Shown here: in pieces, positions 12,801-24,454 of the stretch | How positions within the stretch are numbered: position 1 is the stretch's first letter | Layout of the letters: each line of letters begins with the position of its first letter | Assembly: GCA_949358305.1 (NCBI GenBank) | Contig: OX442314.1 | Location: 19,158,001-19,222,000 of the forward strand | Reading direction: 5' to 3' | Length of the DNA stretch: 64,000 nucleotides | Origin: Strigamia acuminata | Taxonomy: Eukaryota | Made by a program: the position numbers and the translations under genes | Notes under the pieces: model-generated | Seen by the model: the letters and a program-made list of their open reading frames with translations, nothing else | What the model was told of the DNA's origin: nothing | The model's database searches: none

Positions 12801-13931
12801 GATTAACCCATCGGCCTCTAACTCCTCGACCAATTCCGTCATAATCGCCTTCTTGGCCGGATTGTACATTCTATATGGCTGGTGTTTCCAAGTAGCACCA
12901 GGTTTAAACTTGATGCTGTGCTTGGCAACCTTCGTGCAGCCCAATTGATCTCGAAATACTTTTTTTAATTTCAAAAGAACGTTTACGAGTAACTGCTTTT
13001 CTTCCGCCGAGCTGTTGCAACCTTCGACGAGTTTTCCTGCCCAGTCGGGTGAAGTGGGAGTTCATTCACCTTGGAAACCCAAATTCCTAATGCTTGCTAA
13101 GCAACAGTTAAGTTCAGTGGTCTCATATGGTGCTGTCCATCCGGGCATGTCATCACAGGTGAACACCGCTCGTTTTGGATTTAAATTGACTCCAGTTCTA
13201 CGCATAAAGTTGTGGCCTAAAATCAACCCACATACATTCTTGTGTAGAATTATGAAGGTCATAGGTGTAACTCTCTTTTTATCGGCCCATTTGACACAAA
13301 GACAAACTTGACCGATAGGTCGGTGATCTATTCCGACTGCGCAGACACGCATTCCCCGCGGACATTCTTGTATGAATTCCACCAGAATTTCTGTGTTTGA
13401 AAGGAGTTGTACTCCAATAAAACATTGGGTGGCTCCAGAGTCCATTAGTGCGTTGTAATCCAAACCTCCAATTTGGACATTCATACGCGGATCATCTTTG
13501 CCACCATTGATTAATTTGCTATTGCACAGTTTGCCAAGAAATACTTTACGTTCTTTCTTGTTCCATTTTTCAAGTTTAAGAAGTTTTCTTAACTTGAAAA
13601 CCTTAGGTACAAGTGGTTTTTTCGGTGCATTCCAACTTCCACTGAAAATACTCAAATTTTCTAGTTGGTCTGTCATGATTTTTAAATCTTCATCGACACC
13701 ACCAGTGGAACTACTCGCTTTCCGACAGACAGGTACTGCTTCGTAAGAAATGACCAATGATGGTGGTTTATTCTTCGAATCGTCAACATAAGGCACTGTG
13801 AGATGACTAGGCTTATGTCTTATTTTAATTTCTTTTTTATGTGAAAATAAATCATTGGACAATTCCGAGAGAGGAAACTTCTCTTTAGGCGGGGGTTGGG
13901 CAATTTGAACAACCCCCTGAATCAGTTTTTT
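9849..13931 (-). pseudogene. pol: E1 pol (PR-RT-RNaseH-IN); two in-frame TGA stops and an aberrant IN C-terminus
   Basis: LMDSGA protease, YLDD RT, TDAS RNase H, HHCC and DDE integrase. ORFs 13062-13862, 11421-12974 and 9849-11123 share one frame, separated by TGA at 13062-13064 and 11421-11423. Confidence 0.93.
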
Positions 13932-15973
13932 GTCTCGTCGGGAGTGACTGAATCAGTGGCTGCTGGTAAATGCTTAATTAACAGGTCAACCATGTTTTTC
14001 TGGAAGTCAGTAAATTTGGAGTCTAAAGTTTCTGACGTAACCCAATTTTGTTTGGGTCGTTTAAACTCGGGGTTGGGAGCAGAGTGGTTAAATCTTTTAT
14101 TTGAATTTAACGAGTCTGTTTTCCCTGCTAATTTTTTGGCAAGAGCGGGACATTCTCTTTTAAAATGTCCAGGCTCGTGACAGAAAAAGCATTTTCCAGT
14201 AGTCTTTTCATACTGGGCGGCAAATAATCGCTCCATTGAACCATCGTCAGTTGAGTCGTCATTTTCCGACTCGTCTTCATCTTCAACCTCATCTTGTGTT
14301 TGCGTTAAACGTAGTGAAGTTTTAGATGGAAAAATCTTAGATTTTTCGTGAACTTTTGGAGTAGGATGATTCTCTCGATTATCATACTCCAATTTTGCTG
14401 CAAGTTGAGCAGAACTTTCAAACTTCGAGCGATTTGCTCCTACATATTGTAGAATGTCATCTACTGTAAAGTCACCATACATTCCTTGTGTACATAACGC
14501 CGTGAAACTTTCTTGATTTAGATTGTCAAATAATTGCGCACGTCCAGTTTTATCACCTGGCGGCACTTCACCTTGTTCTTGCGTATAACGCAGAAGAAAA
14601 CTATAAAGTGACTCGTCGGCTCGTTGTTTTACATTAAGAAGTCGCCTTTCTCTTGTAAGTGGAACGAGATCGAAACAATCGAGGAAAGAGGCTTCGAAAG
14701 TTCGCCAACTATTAAAGGTATGGCGTTGCTTATGGAACCAACGTTGTGCATGGCCTAATAGTCGTCCAGGTACAGCAGTGTGTACCATGTCGTCTAAAGG
14801 GATGCCTTTCCCGAGTGCGACAGCTTTGACGATTTCAAGGAATCGCGCAACCTCTGTCTGTTTCCCGTCAAAAATAGGAATCTCGATTCCTTTTCCAAAA
14901 TTCTGACTGGGATTACTCGGGCTTCGGATTTGACCAACTAAACCCTGAATAATTTGTTTTACATTTTCGTCCGACAAATTAGAAGCAGAGTTCGAATTGG
15001 GTGTAGACCGACTTTCTTGGTCCCGGGGTGGCGGATTTGGTTCTCCTCGCAAATTTTGATGTCTATCAGGTGGCGGTGGAGAACGCGAATTATTTCGTCG
15101 GTGGAAATTATTGTTATAATTTCCCCCTCCACCAGCGTGAGATTCGTCACTACTCGAGTTAGGATCGGAGTCACGAGGATCACCAGGAGCTCCGGGAAAT
15201 CGTTGATTTCTCGGCGGAGCTCGTCCACCTTGAGAGCGGGAATTTCTATAATTCCTAAAATCTCCATCAGATTGGGTGTGAGATTGAAAATTTTGATAAT
15301 TTTCATTTCTCCCCCTTGGTTGGACCGACAGATTAGTTCGAGGCTGTGAAACTCTGAAAGAATCATTCAAATTCCCAGTGGGAGCGGGTAAATTATTATT
15401 TACTGCCGTCGCACTTGGCAAATTTCGGGAAATTGGCGCAGAAATATTTCCTTTTCCGGAATTTCCCATTCTTTCGGCCGAATTCGATCGCCAAGAACTA
15501 GCTGGTAACTGAATCGAAGGTTGAACAGATAGTGAAGAATTTAACTGCCCATTGTCGTCACGAGCAACATTCATTCGCCATCCAGGTAATTGCTGGTAGC
15601 GATATGTGGCCGGTGAACGAAGGCCAGTTCGATCTACAGAAACACTTTGTTCGTTGGTTACAACTACATCGGGAGTAATTACACGATTTCTCTCGTGATG
15701 ATTATTCGCCGTGTATTGTTGAGCTTCACACAAAGAGGAAAACTGCGTCACCTCCAATTGGTAATGGCGACAGTAAACTTCTAAATCATGCGGGACTGAT
15801 AGTGGATCTATCCGAGAACTACTTGGGTTGGAAACGTCTCTAGGAACATTTTCTTCCCCCTGGCTTTCTAGATCAGACTCCACAATTCCTCTTGGTGTTT
15901 CACACATACCACCACGTCGTCGTGCTCCACGATTTCCTCGTGTTCCACGAACTCTTACAGGTCTACGGGCCAT
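13922..15973 (-). CDS. gag: E1 Gag with long disordered N-terminus and CCHC knuckle
   Basis: IPIFDGK capsid-like motif; CFFCHEPGHFKREC; ends on slippery heptamer A AAA AAC. Confidence 0.92.
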   Translation of the reverse strand: MARRPVRVRGTRGNRGARRRGGMCETPRGIVESDLESQGEENVPRDVSNPSSSRIDPLSVPHDLEVYCRHYQLEVTQFSSLCEAQQYTANNHHERNRVITPDVVVTNEQSVSVDRTGLRSPATYRYQQLPGWRMNVARDDNGQLNSSLSVQPSIQLPASSWRSNSAERMGNSGKGNISAPISRNLPSATAVNNNLPAPTGNLNDSFRVSQPRTNLSVQPRGRNENYQNFQSHTQSDGDFRNYRNSRSQGGRAPPRNQRFPGAPGDPRDSDPNSSSDESHAGGGGNYNNNFHRRNNSRSPPPPDRHQNLRGEPNPPPRDQESRSTPNSNSASNLSDENVKQIIQGLVGQIRSPSNPSQNFGKGIEIPIFDGKQTEVARFLEIVKAVALGKGIPLDDMVHTAVPGRLLGHAQRWFHKQRHTFNSWRTFEASFLDCFDLVPLTRERRLLNVKQRADESLYSFLLRYTQEQGEVPPGDKTGRAQLFDNLNQESFTALCTQGMYGDFTVDDILQYVGANRSKFESSAQLAAKLEYDNRENHPTPKVHEKSKIFPSKTSLRLTQTQDEVEDEDESENDDSTDDGSMERLFAAQYEKTTGKCFFCHEPGHFKRECPALAKKLAGKTDSLNSNKRFNHSAPNPEFKRPKQNWVTSETLDSKFTDFQKNMVDLLIKHLPAATDSVTPDETKN

Positions 15974-16824
15974 AATACTCAAAAGAAATACACGTACAAA
16001 AAAAAATAAACTTTTACAGAGCTAGCGTAAATGTAACACGCTTAATATTAAACTAAGAAATAATTTGAAAAAATACAACCTTAGCTGCTGAAACTGAAGT
16101 GGCTTCGGGAAAGAACTGTCCTGTTGCGTGGTCAAGAATGGTCCAAACGGGCACTGGTCACAAAGGCACAACTGGATGGTCGCACTGTCGAAAAGCAAGT
16201 GTGGCTGAATATTGGTTGTCAAACTAGCTTCCGGAAAATCTCCTTTGTCAAGACAGTCTGCTGTGATTGGCGATGTTGAAAAATTCCTGATAATTTCTAA
16301 CCCGAAATTCTCAATAATGTCACATCTGGATGACCTACTCCGAGCTGCATCGTGAGTGGCTCTCTTTGGCACATTCTTTACCTTGTCAAGGATTAAGAAT
16401 AATAATCCAGAACATTGGCAGAACAATAGAAAACTGGTCAAGTTTTCAACCAGTAAAATAAAATATTTTAACTTTTTATTTTTTAGTCAGCAGAATTTCC
16501 AGTCAAATTCGTTTTTTGATCGAGATTCAAGGTTTCGAAATTTTCCAGAATATAGCCGAATATTCTGGGAAACTCAATAAAATCAAAATAGATTTTTTGT
16601 TGGAAATTCGGAATTATAATGAGTTTTCAAAATAATCCAAAAATTCGAATTCAGATATTTCCAAAAGATAATGAGAATTTTTTGAAAACAAATGAATATT
16701 TCACAGTAAATTTAAGGAGAAAAATCGGAAATTTTCTAATTATAATATCTACATAAAATAATCAAAAAATTCACTTTTCAATTTTACACTTGATCACAGA
16801 GTTCACTTCAATAAAATGCAACCT

Positions 16825-16842
16825 ATCTCGGTGGGACCTCCA
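16825..16842 (-). promoter_or_regulatory. E1 primer-binding site, tRNA-Gln
   Basis: TGGAGGTCCCACCGAGAT (minus), 2 nt from the 5' LTR; complementary to the 3' 18 nt of metazoan tRNA-Gln (recalled sequence). Confidence 0.9.
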
Positions 16843-16844
16843 CG

Positions 16845-18433
16845 TGTGACGATTGACTTGGTGAGATACAAATTACTTAACTATTAACATAGGAACTCGT
16901 GTGAAAGTGTAAAAATACGGAGGCTTGTGATTTCTCAAATCATGTAACAATTTATTACGAATGGGAGACTTATATAAAACCTATGCCTACAAATGGCTAA
17001 ATAACTTCATGTTAAATATACAATGGGTTGGCAAAAGCCCTGAAATAATATCACTTGCGGTTTTCAGTCGTGCAATAAGAATGTGTATCTTTCTTATTAC
17101 GGTGACGTAAAAGATGTCGTCTGAGTATGGTTCAGGCTTCCAAATGGTCCTGGATTGGTTCTAAAATGGTGTGTAATGGTTAGGCTTGGGTGTGTTATAT
17201 CCGAGAGGTGCGGTTGACTTTGGCACAATCATCACACGTGTAATTATTATATTGTTAATAATTACACAGCTCGATCATAAGAATGATGCAACAATCGGAA
17301 TAAATATTCATGTAAATTCCATTGAATTTAACATGATATTATGTTTCTAAGTCGAGCAAATAACTGTAAAATAAAGATGAATTAAAATAGCGCCGAGCTA
17401 TTTTTTGCCCCGAGTGCAATCAACATTTAAGTCAGACTGAAATGTTCCGTCAAACCAACAACGAAATGAATCGAAGTATTTCGCAGGAAAGGTTATCCAT
17501 TGCCGGGAAATTACTCCACTCGGTCCTGGCTGGCGGGAGAGTAACCGGGAAATTACTCCGCGTCGATTACTCTGATAATGCGTCTGTGAAATATAAATAC
17601 TCCACTCTAGATTCTACATTACCAATGCGTCTGTGAATTTTACTCCACTCTAGATTCTGCATTCTACAACGGAATGTTGGCATGAAGCTGGAGGGAGTGC
17701 GTCTGTGGGTTGTACCCCACTCTAGATACTACACTTAAATGTGTCTGTGAATCTCTCCACTCTAGTTACTACATTTCTACAACGGAATGTTGGCATGAAG
17801 AGGCGGGCAGTGTGTCTGTGAGTCTTCTACCCACTCTAGATACTTACACTAAATACAAAGTATTTCTACAACGGATTGTCAGAACGCAGAGAAGTATAAT
17901 ATGTGCTCAAGTAATATCAGTATCAAACAAAAACAGAACAAGAGCGAGCTATATCCGTTTTGCAGGGGGATATATACTCGGTGAGGAGAATAGCTGTTCA
18001 GTGATCCAATGGGATCACTGGGCAGTCAAATCCATCCAATCCCAGATCATAGGAAGTGGATACCCAGGACATAGTCTTCTACTAGGTCCACTACAGGAAC
18101 TGGATACGCAGGACACACTTTGGATTAAGTCCCTTTGACTATAATCCAAAATGGGTCCAACTCACAGTGGGTGATGAAGGGTGACTTCACCAGGTGTAGA
18201 GTTTGCACATAATTCAATAGAATTATGTGACAAATAAATCAACTAGTATTTAAACATCCAAAAGTATTTAAAAGTGTCTAAAGTCGCAGTGGAATAAAAT
18301 ATAAATAGTAATTTATATTTTATTCACTCAAAAATTGTCGAAATTTGAAATTACCGCTAAAACGTATCAGCGCCATCTATTGGTGAAATAATCGTCCTAT
18401 ACTATCAAAGTGTATGACAGTGTAACCGTCACA
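16845..18433 (-). repeat. E1 5' LTR (1589 bp)
   Basis: Direct repeat of 7763-9351; abuts the PBS. Confidence 0.97.
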
Positions 18434-20544
18434 AATTTAACAGGTAAGAAATTTTTATACATACCGGTACGTCCAAATTGTCCTAACTGAGGCCCAACGA
18501 TGGAAACAAATGTTTTTATATTGTGGCTGCGAGAGGACTCTATAATTCCTCTCCCAATTAATGCACCTGTAATTACACATGTTGAATAATGTACGAATAA
18601 CTTGTTGTGTATTTACCTTGAGAAATTGCTATCATATGAATTCCTTTAGGGTGTAAGCCACTAATTGATTCTACTGCTTCTCGAAATTTTGTTACTTGGT
18701 CCTAAAATGGCGCAAAACTTTTGACTCCAGCGTACAAATCTATAAATTCAACGTCCGTACCTGGATGAACCTTTTAAAGGAAAAAGAAATTAAAGTAATT
18801 ATAATTTCTCCGCGGAATATGTACTCGGGAACTCTCTTCGCGAATTGTGTCAGTGAAACGATTCAGATTGGATTTAGGATCGAGTAATGCGGGATTAATA
18901 ACAACAGGTTTATAACCTTTTGGATTTTGCATTTTTTCTTCTATTGGTGTTCGAGACATATCCCGTGTATAGACGTGAAATTCCGCAAAAATTATTCGAT
19001 AAATTACAACGCAAATGAAAATCACAGTCGAGATGGCCAAAAACAGAAGAATCTGAAATATATTTCACACGGTTAATCACAAGATTTAACGAAGTTGGGG
19101 ATTAGTGCAATTTACTCCTTTGGAGTGCAAACCAATAAACCAATAAAAAAATAAATAAATAAATTTTAAGTTCCATTCCGATAAGCGAGAAGTATAACAT
19201 TCCACCAAGAAAAGTAAAATAATTAATACCGTAGCATTTTCAAGAGGATATTTTGTGAAATTTTTTTCGGGGCGTTCTTTGTTCTTTGTGAGTGTTAACC
19301 ATACATAATTTTCGTACTGATTTCTGATTTCTAGATTACGTATTCCCTGGTTGTGACCTCATGCAAATAGCTCGATAAAACAAAATGATTGATTGGCTAA
19401 ATATAAATAAAATGTATAGAACATGCAGGACTACTTTGGTACAATAAACCAGTTACACTGCAAAAAATATTAGATTTTATGATTGATATACATAAATAAA
19501 TATATTGTAAACAATATGATTTAATCATTGTAAATCATGTTTATCAAGATTGTTTGATCTAATATTTATCATTGCGTTTACAAGTTTTAAAAGGACCACT
19601 TTACAATCCATATTAACATTGCATTTACTTTTGTGTATCAAGATTTTTTCTATATATTTATGAAAGATTTTCATACTGTTTAATTAAGCTTTATAATAAT
19701 TTTATCATTTGATTTAACTTTATTTATTTTTTTGTGTAACAGATTTATCAATTGTTTTAAATAACATTTAAGTGAATTGTGTTATAGTTTTATCATCAAT
19801 TTTAAAATGCTTTTTCTAAGATTTTAACTTTGTTTATCAATAGTTTTGTTTTATATTATATTAGTAATAAATGTAAATAAAGTAAAAGCTGATTTTATTA
19901 ATGATAATGAAATCATCAAGTAAATAAATTGATAAATTACAAAAAACATATTATAAAATTCTAGTGTAAATCAATATAAAATTTTCATTTCATTCAAAGG
20001 TTAAGAAACAAGTAATCACAAAATTATATACATGAATAATAATAATCATTAGTTTAAAAAAATTACACAAATAATAGCTGAATGAAATAAAATTCCAAAT
20101 ATAATTAGTAAAATTGGTAAAAAGGTCCTCACAAAATTATTTTTAAAAAACTTAAAATCAATGTTACAACTTTGAACAATTTAATAATGGAATAAATTTA
20201 TTCAATTATTATACATAAATCCAAAAAATTATTTTTTTGAAAAATGAATTTTGTGGAATGGTAGGCTCCTGAAGTTAAATCTGAAGCCAAGCCAAACCCA
20301 ACATTCATTTGTTGTAGTATAAATTATTTGGTAGACTCCTGAATAATCTGAAGTCCAGTCAAACATACAGTATACTACACTTCATACTAGTATACTACAA
20401 CTTCATAGAGTATAGAACCAAAAGTTACTCTATGCCCAACTTGCTTTGTATCCGACAATTTGAGAATTGAATACATTTGCTTCATTTGAATTTCCCTCCG
20501 CGTTGGCTTGCCATAGATCGTTGTATCGGCTTTCGAGTTATCCT

Positions 20545-22866
20545 TGATTTGCAGGCATTTGTGCAGTAAGTTTACGGGACAGGATAATTTGCGGAACCGC
20601 GGAACTGGCGGAACAGGCGGAACCGATGGGTTTGTGGAAAACCCGGTATCGCCAATTCTGTGGAAACGGCGGAACGGCGGAACTAGATTGTTTCATTGCC
20701 AAATTCCGCTGAACAAGCTGAAATATTGTAATCAAAATATCAAAATTAAACAAAAGTTTAATTAAATAGAAATAACCAAAAACAAAAATAAATAAAAATC
20801 AACAAAAATAAAAATAAATAAAAATCAACAAAAATAAAAATAAATAAAAATAACCCAAAATAAAAGTACGATTGAAGTTTTGATACTAAATAATCTTATT
20901 TATTTATCATTTTATCACGAGTTTTGTGCCTAAAAAATTAGATTTTACGCCCAACTTTTGTTTTTTACAATAAAAATGGTTTTTCCGTTTGATAAATTCG
21001 TTTTACACCGATGCAAATTAATTAATTGAGACAAAAAATTGATTTTGGCCAAAAAAATGAATTTTTGGCCAAAAAAATGAATTTTTGGCCAAAAAAATGA
21101 ATTTTTGGCCAAAAAAATGAATTTTTGGCCAAAAAAATGAATTTTTGGCCAAAAAAATGAATTTTTGACCAAAAAATTCATTTGTGGTTCGAAAAAGGGT
21201 TTTTTGAGTCAGAAAATTGATTTTTGAGTCAAAAAATTCAATTTTGACTGAAAAAACTTAAATTTTGACAGAAAAAAATTAAATTTTGACAGAAAAAAAT
21301 TAAATTTTGACAGAAAAAAATTAAATTTTGACAGAAAAAAATTAAATTTTTACAGAAAAAAATTAAATTTTGACTCAAAAAATTGAATTTTGACAGAAAA
21401 AAATTAAATTTTGACTCAAAAAATTGAATTTTTTTACCAAAAATGAATTTTTTCACCAAAAATGAAATTTTTCACCAAAAATGAAATTTTTCACCAAAAA
21501 TGAAATTTTTCACCAAAAATGAAATTTTTCACCAAAAATGAAATTTTTCACCAAAAATCAATTTTTTTGCCAAAATCAATTTTTAGTCTCAATTAATAAA
21601 TTTGCATCGGTTTAAAACGAATTTATCAAACGGAAAAACTATTTTTATTGAAAAAAACGAAAGTTAGGCATAAAATCTAATTTTTTAGGCACAAAACTCG
21701 TGATAAAATGATAAATAAATAAGATTATTTAGTATCAAAACTTCAATCGTACTTTTATTTTGGGTTATTTTTATTTATTTTTATTTTTATTGATTTTTAT
21801 TTATTTTTGTTTTTGGTAATTTTTATTTAATTAAACTTTTGTTTAATTTTGATATTTTTTTGGCCTGATCACAATATTTCAGCTTGTTCAGCGGAATTTG
21901 GCAATGAAACAATCTAGTTCCACCGTTCCGTCGTTTCCACAGAATCGCCAATTCTGCGGAAACGGCGGAACGGCTGAACAATAGCTATGGAGGTCAGGCA
22001 AAAATTAATTAAAATTAAAAATTAAAATTTACAAAAGCAATCTTACAAAATTACAAATTCCAAGGTAACGAGTTGGATATTCTTTGTTTTCGATGTTTTT
22101 GTTTCAATTTGATAAGTTATGACTAATTTGATACATCAATTTAAATGCCCTACCAAAAGCCCCAAAATCCAAAATTCAGAACTGATTTGTTGAAAATATT
22201 TTAACACTTAATGTGAAAAACTCCCCATGACATCCAGCAGTTATAGTCTCAGTGAAATTAATCAACTACGAGTATTTTGTAAGGTTTAAAAAAAAATAAC
22301 AAGAACTACATAAAATTTATCTACTTGCAACTGCAAAAAGATTTACAACTTTTTAAAATTAGCTTAACACGTAATTACGGTTGCTTTTTTAAAAAAAATT
22401 TAACGTAAAAAGCTTAAAAAATTAGGCGTTTAAACGAAATCAATTTCAAACATGAGCTCAGTGTGAATATGGCATTCTCTAATAAATGATTTATTCCTAG
22501 CAATTAGTATCTATCTGTTTAATGGGAGATTTTTTACAACATAGTGGTACATTGTTTTTTTCAAATCAAGAAAAATTAATACATTAAAACAAAACCCACT
22601 CGTTTATTTATTTTATTTTTTTGTTCTAATATATATTTTTATATATATTTCTACGTGCCAGTATCCAACCACGAACACAACAGTAATTTACAAATTTTAT
22701 TTTCTCCCGATCAGCTTGTTCAGCTTGTTCCGCCGTTCCGCCGTTTCCGCAGAATTGGCGATTCCAGGTTTTCCTCAAACCCATCGGTTCCGCCTGTTCC
22801 GCCAGTTCCGCGGTTCCGCAAATTATCCTGTCCCTAAGTTTACTGCACAAATGCCTGCAAATCAAA
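20545..22866. mobile_element. Foldback-type element with ~140-bp TIRs and an internal palindrome
   Basis: 20545-20681 is inverted at 22729-22866; inner arms ~20655-21060 are inverted at ~21560-21945. Confidence 0.75.
21041..21570. repeat. 20-21-bp AT-rich minisatellite arrays
   Basis: Tandem units ATTTTTGGCCAAAAAAATGA, AAATTTTGACAGAAAAAAATT, ATGAAATTTTTCACCAAAA. Confidence 0.9.
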
Positions 22867-24261
22867 CTTTAATCTTTTTAGGTACACCTTTCATAGTGTT
22901 TCCATGCATTTACGCACCTTACGCGGTCGACTGACGGCTACTGCATCGCCCAAACCCGCGGCATCGTTGCACCCGCCGTCCTCCAAGTCGGCTGCTTTTC
23001 GCGCCTGTCGCGCACTCGCTCCTGGAGCGATCTTTTTGTCCCGCTCCAAAGTCGTTGTCGCGGATAAAGGTCGCTGCTGAGGCCTTTTAACCACTGCAAA
23101 GGGGTTATTCGGCACCCTTCTCTCGTTTCCGCCCCTTGTTTGACCAGATCTCGGACCCCACAGTTCGATATCGGCGTCGCAAGAGGCATTTAGCTGTACT
23201 GCGCCTGGCAACGCCGCCATTTTGAACGACCTTGGTCGTTTCCCAACTCGTTTTTAGATTGTTTCGACTTTTCGCCTAATTTACTAGTAATTCGAACTCT
23301 CTTCCGCCGTGTTAGCATTTATTTAAATACTAATCGCTTATTTGTCCGTTCTAAAAAGCCTTCACTTCGATCAAAACAAGTCACGTGACTCCAGCACCTT
23401 CGCTTCGGTTCGTTTCGCCTGCCAACTAGGTTTTAGCACTACCGGAGTAGCTCACCACGTTCTAACGTGCATTTCTGCCCGTTTTGGTTTGTTTTTGGTC
23501 TGTTTGACCACTCCTAAACGTTTGAAGAGGTTCCTAAACCTCTCGTCGGGTCTTTCCCGGAGGTTTGGCGGCCTTAATTGTCGTTTTCAACGTTTGGATC
23601 GCGCATCCCGCCTCGCGTCGGGTTTTAGTAACCGCACGACCCGACTCCTCTCGTCTGCTCGCCCTTTGAGTTTGTTTTTTACACTAATTTACGTGAATAA
23701 ACGGTTTTTGGGGAATTTTGGGATTACTACTAGTTTGATTTAATTAATCAATATTGTGTTTTCAGAGCTCGTAGTTGAGTTTAACTTAAGTTTGGATGTT
23801 TTATTGATTCTGTATTGTGTTGAAGCCCAACCGTTTTTTTGTCGTTTTTACAACATATTTTATCATTGCATAAATATAAATATTTATAGTTAGTTAAACA
23901 TGTGAAAACTAAATGAAAATCCTTATGTTTAGCCAATACAGAAAATTAATTTATAAATACATGGTAAATGAAATATTTACCTATAGATTTATCATTACAT
24001 TTAAAATAATTGATTATACTAATATTTATCATTATTTTTAAAATATATTTAATTTTGAAAATCAGATCTTTTTTTGCAGTGTGATTTATTTATTATTAAT
24101 AGAATTTGTTTTTTTTTGCATTATTTTACGTCACAACGAACTCTGATTCATCAGCTGATAATGAGAATAACAATCAATATGCAGATGTAGACGTGTAATA
24201 AAATAGGTGAGAAAAAGATTTAATTTGCGCAAAACATGCTAATAATTTTGCACTTACAAAT

Positions 24262-24420
24262 AACAATTTTGAACGAAATACTACAAATTTTAACAAATTT
24301 AAACGAAGTACTACAAATTTTAACAAATTTAAACGAAGTACTACAAATTTTAACAAATTTAAACGAAGTACTACAAATTTTAACAATTAATCCGATTAAT
24401 ATCCGATTAATATCCGATTA
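24262..24420. repeat. 30-bp tandem repeat (x4) followed by an 11-bp repeat (x3)
   Basis: AAACGAAGTACTACAAATTTTAACAAATTT units; ATCCGATTAAT units. Confidence 0.9.
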
Positions 24421-24454
24421 ATTATTCGATAAATTCTCAGATGAAGCTTACTGT

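Larger units (their letters stand above)
7763..18433 (-). mobile_element. Ty3/Gypsy LTR retrotransposon E1 (defective copy)
   Basis: 1589-bp TG..CA LTRs; 4-bp TSD AATT confirmed by the empty site at ~53812; PBS; PPT; gag then PR-RT-RH-IN. Confidence 0.97.
7455..19052 (-). pseudogene. PPT2: PPT2-like (palmitoyl-protein thioesterase 2) pseudogene, copy 1; E1 inserted in an intron; 3'-truncated
   Basis: Exons translate GYKPVV.., VHPGTDVEFIDLY..PF*DQVTKFREAV..GIHMIAISQG, ALIGRGII..HNIKTFVSIVGPQLGQFG, ..LRQNLYK, LFY..FSVAELWRDP, colinear with PPT2. TAG at 18702-18704 replaces the conserved Trp. Confidence 0.85.
19456..24081. mobile_element. CACTA/EnSpm-like non-autonomous DNA transposon containing nested sequences
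   Basis: Termini CACTGCAAAAAA / TTTTTTGCAGTG; AT-rich subterminal arms; absent from the paralogous site at ~54599; imperfect 3-bp TSD TTA/TGA. Confidence 0.8.

Noticed and set aside
16825..16842. tRNA-Gln gene
   Set aside because: Only the 3' 18 nt including CCA, next to an LTR; this is a PBS, not a gene
20945..21459. Repetitive-peptide ORFs (also 2776-2964 and 24174-24421)
   Set aside because: Translations of minisatellites
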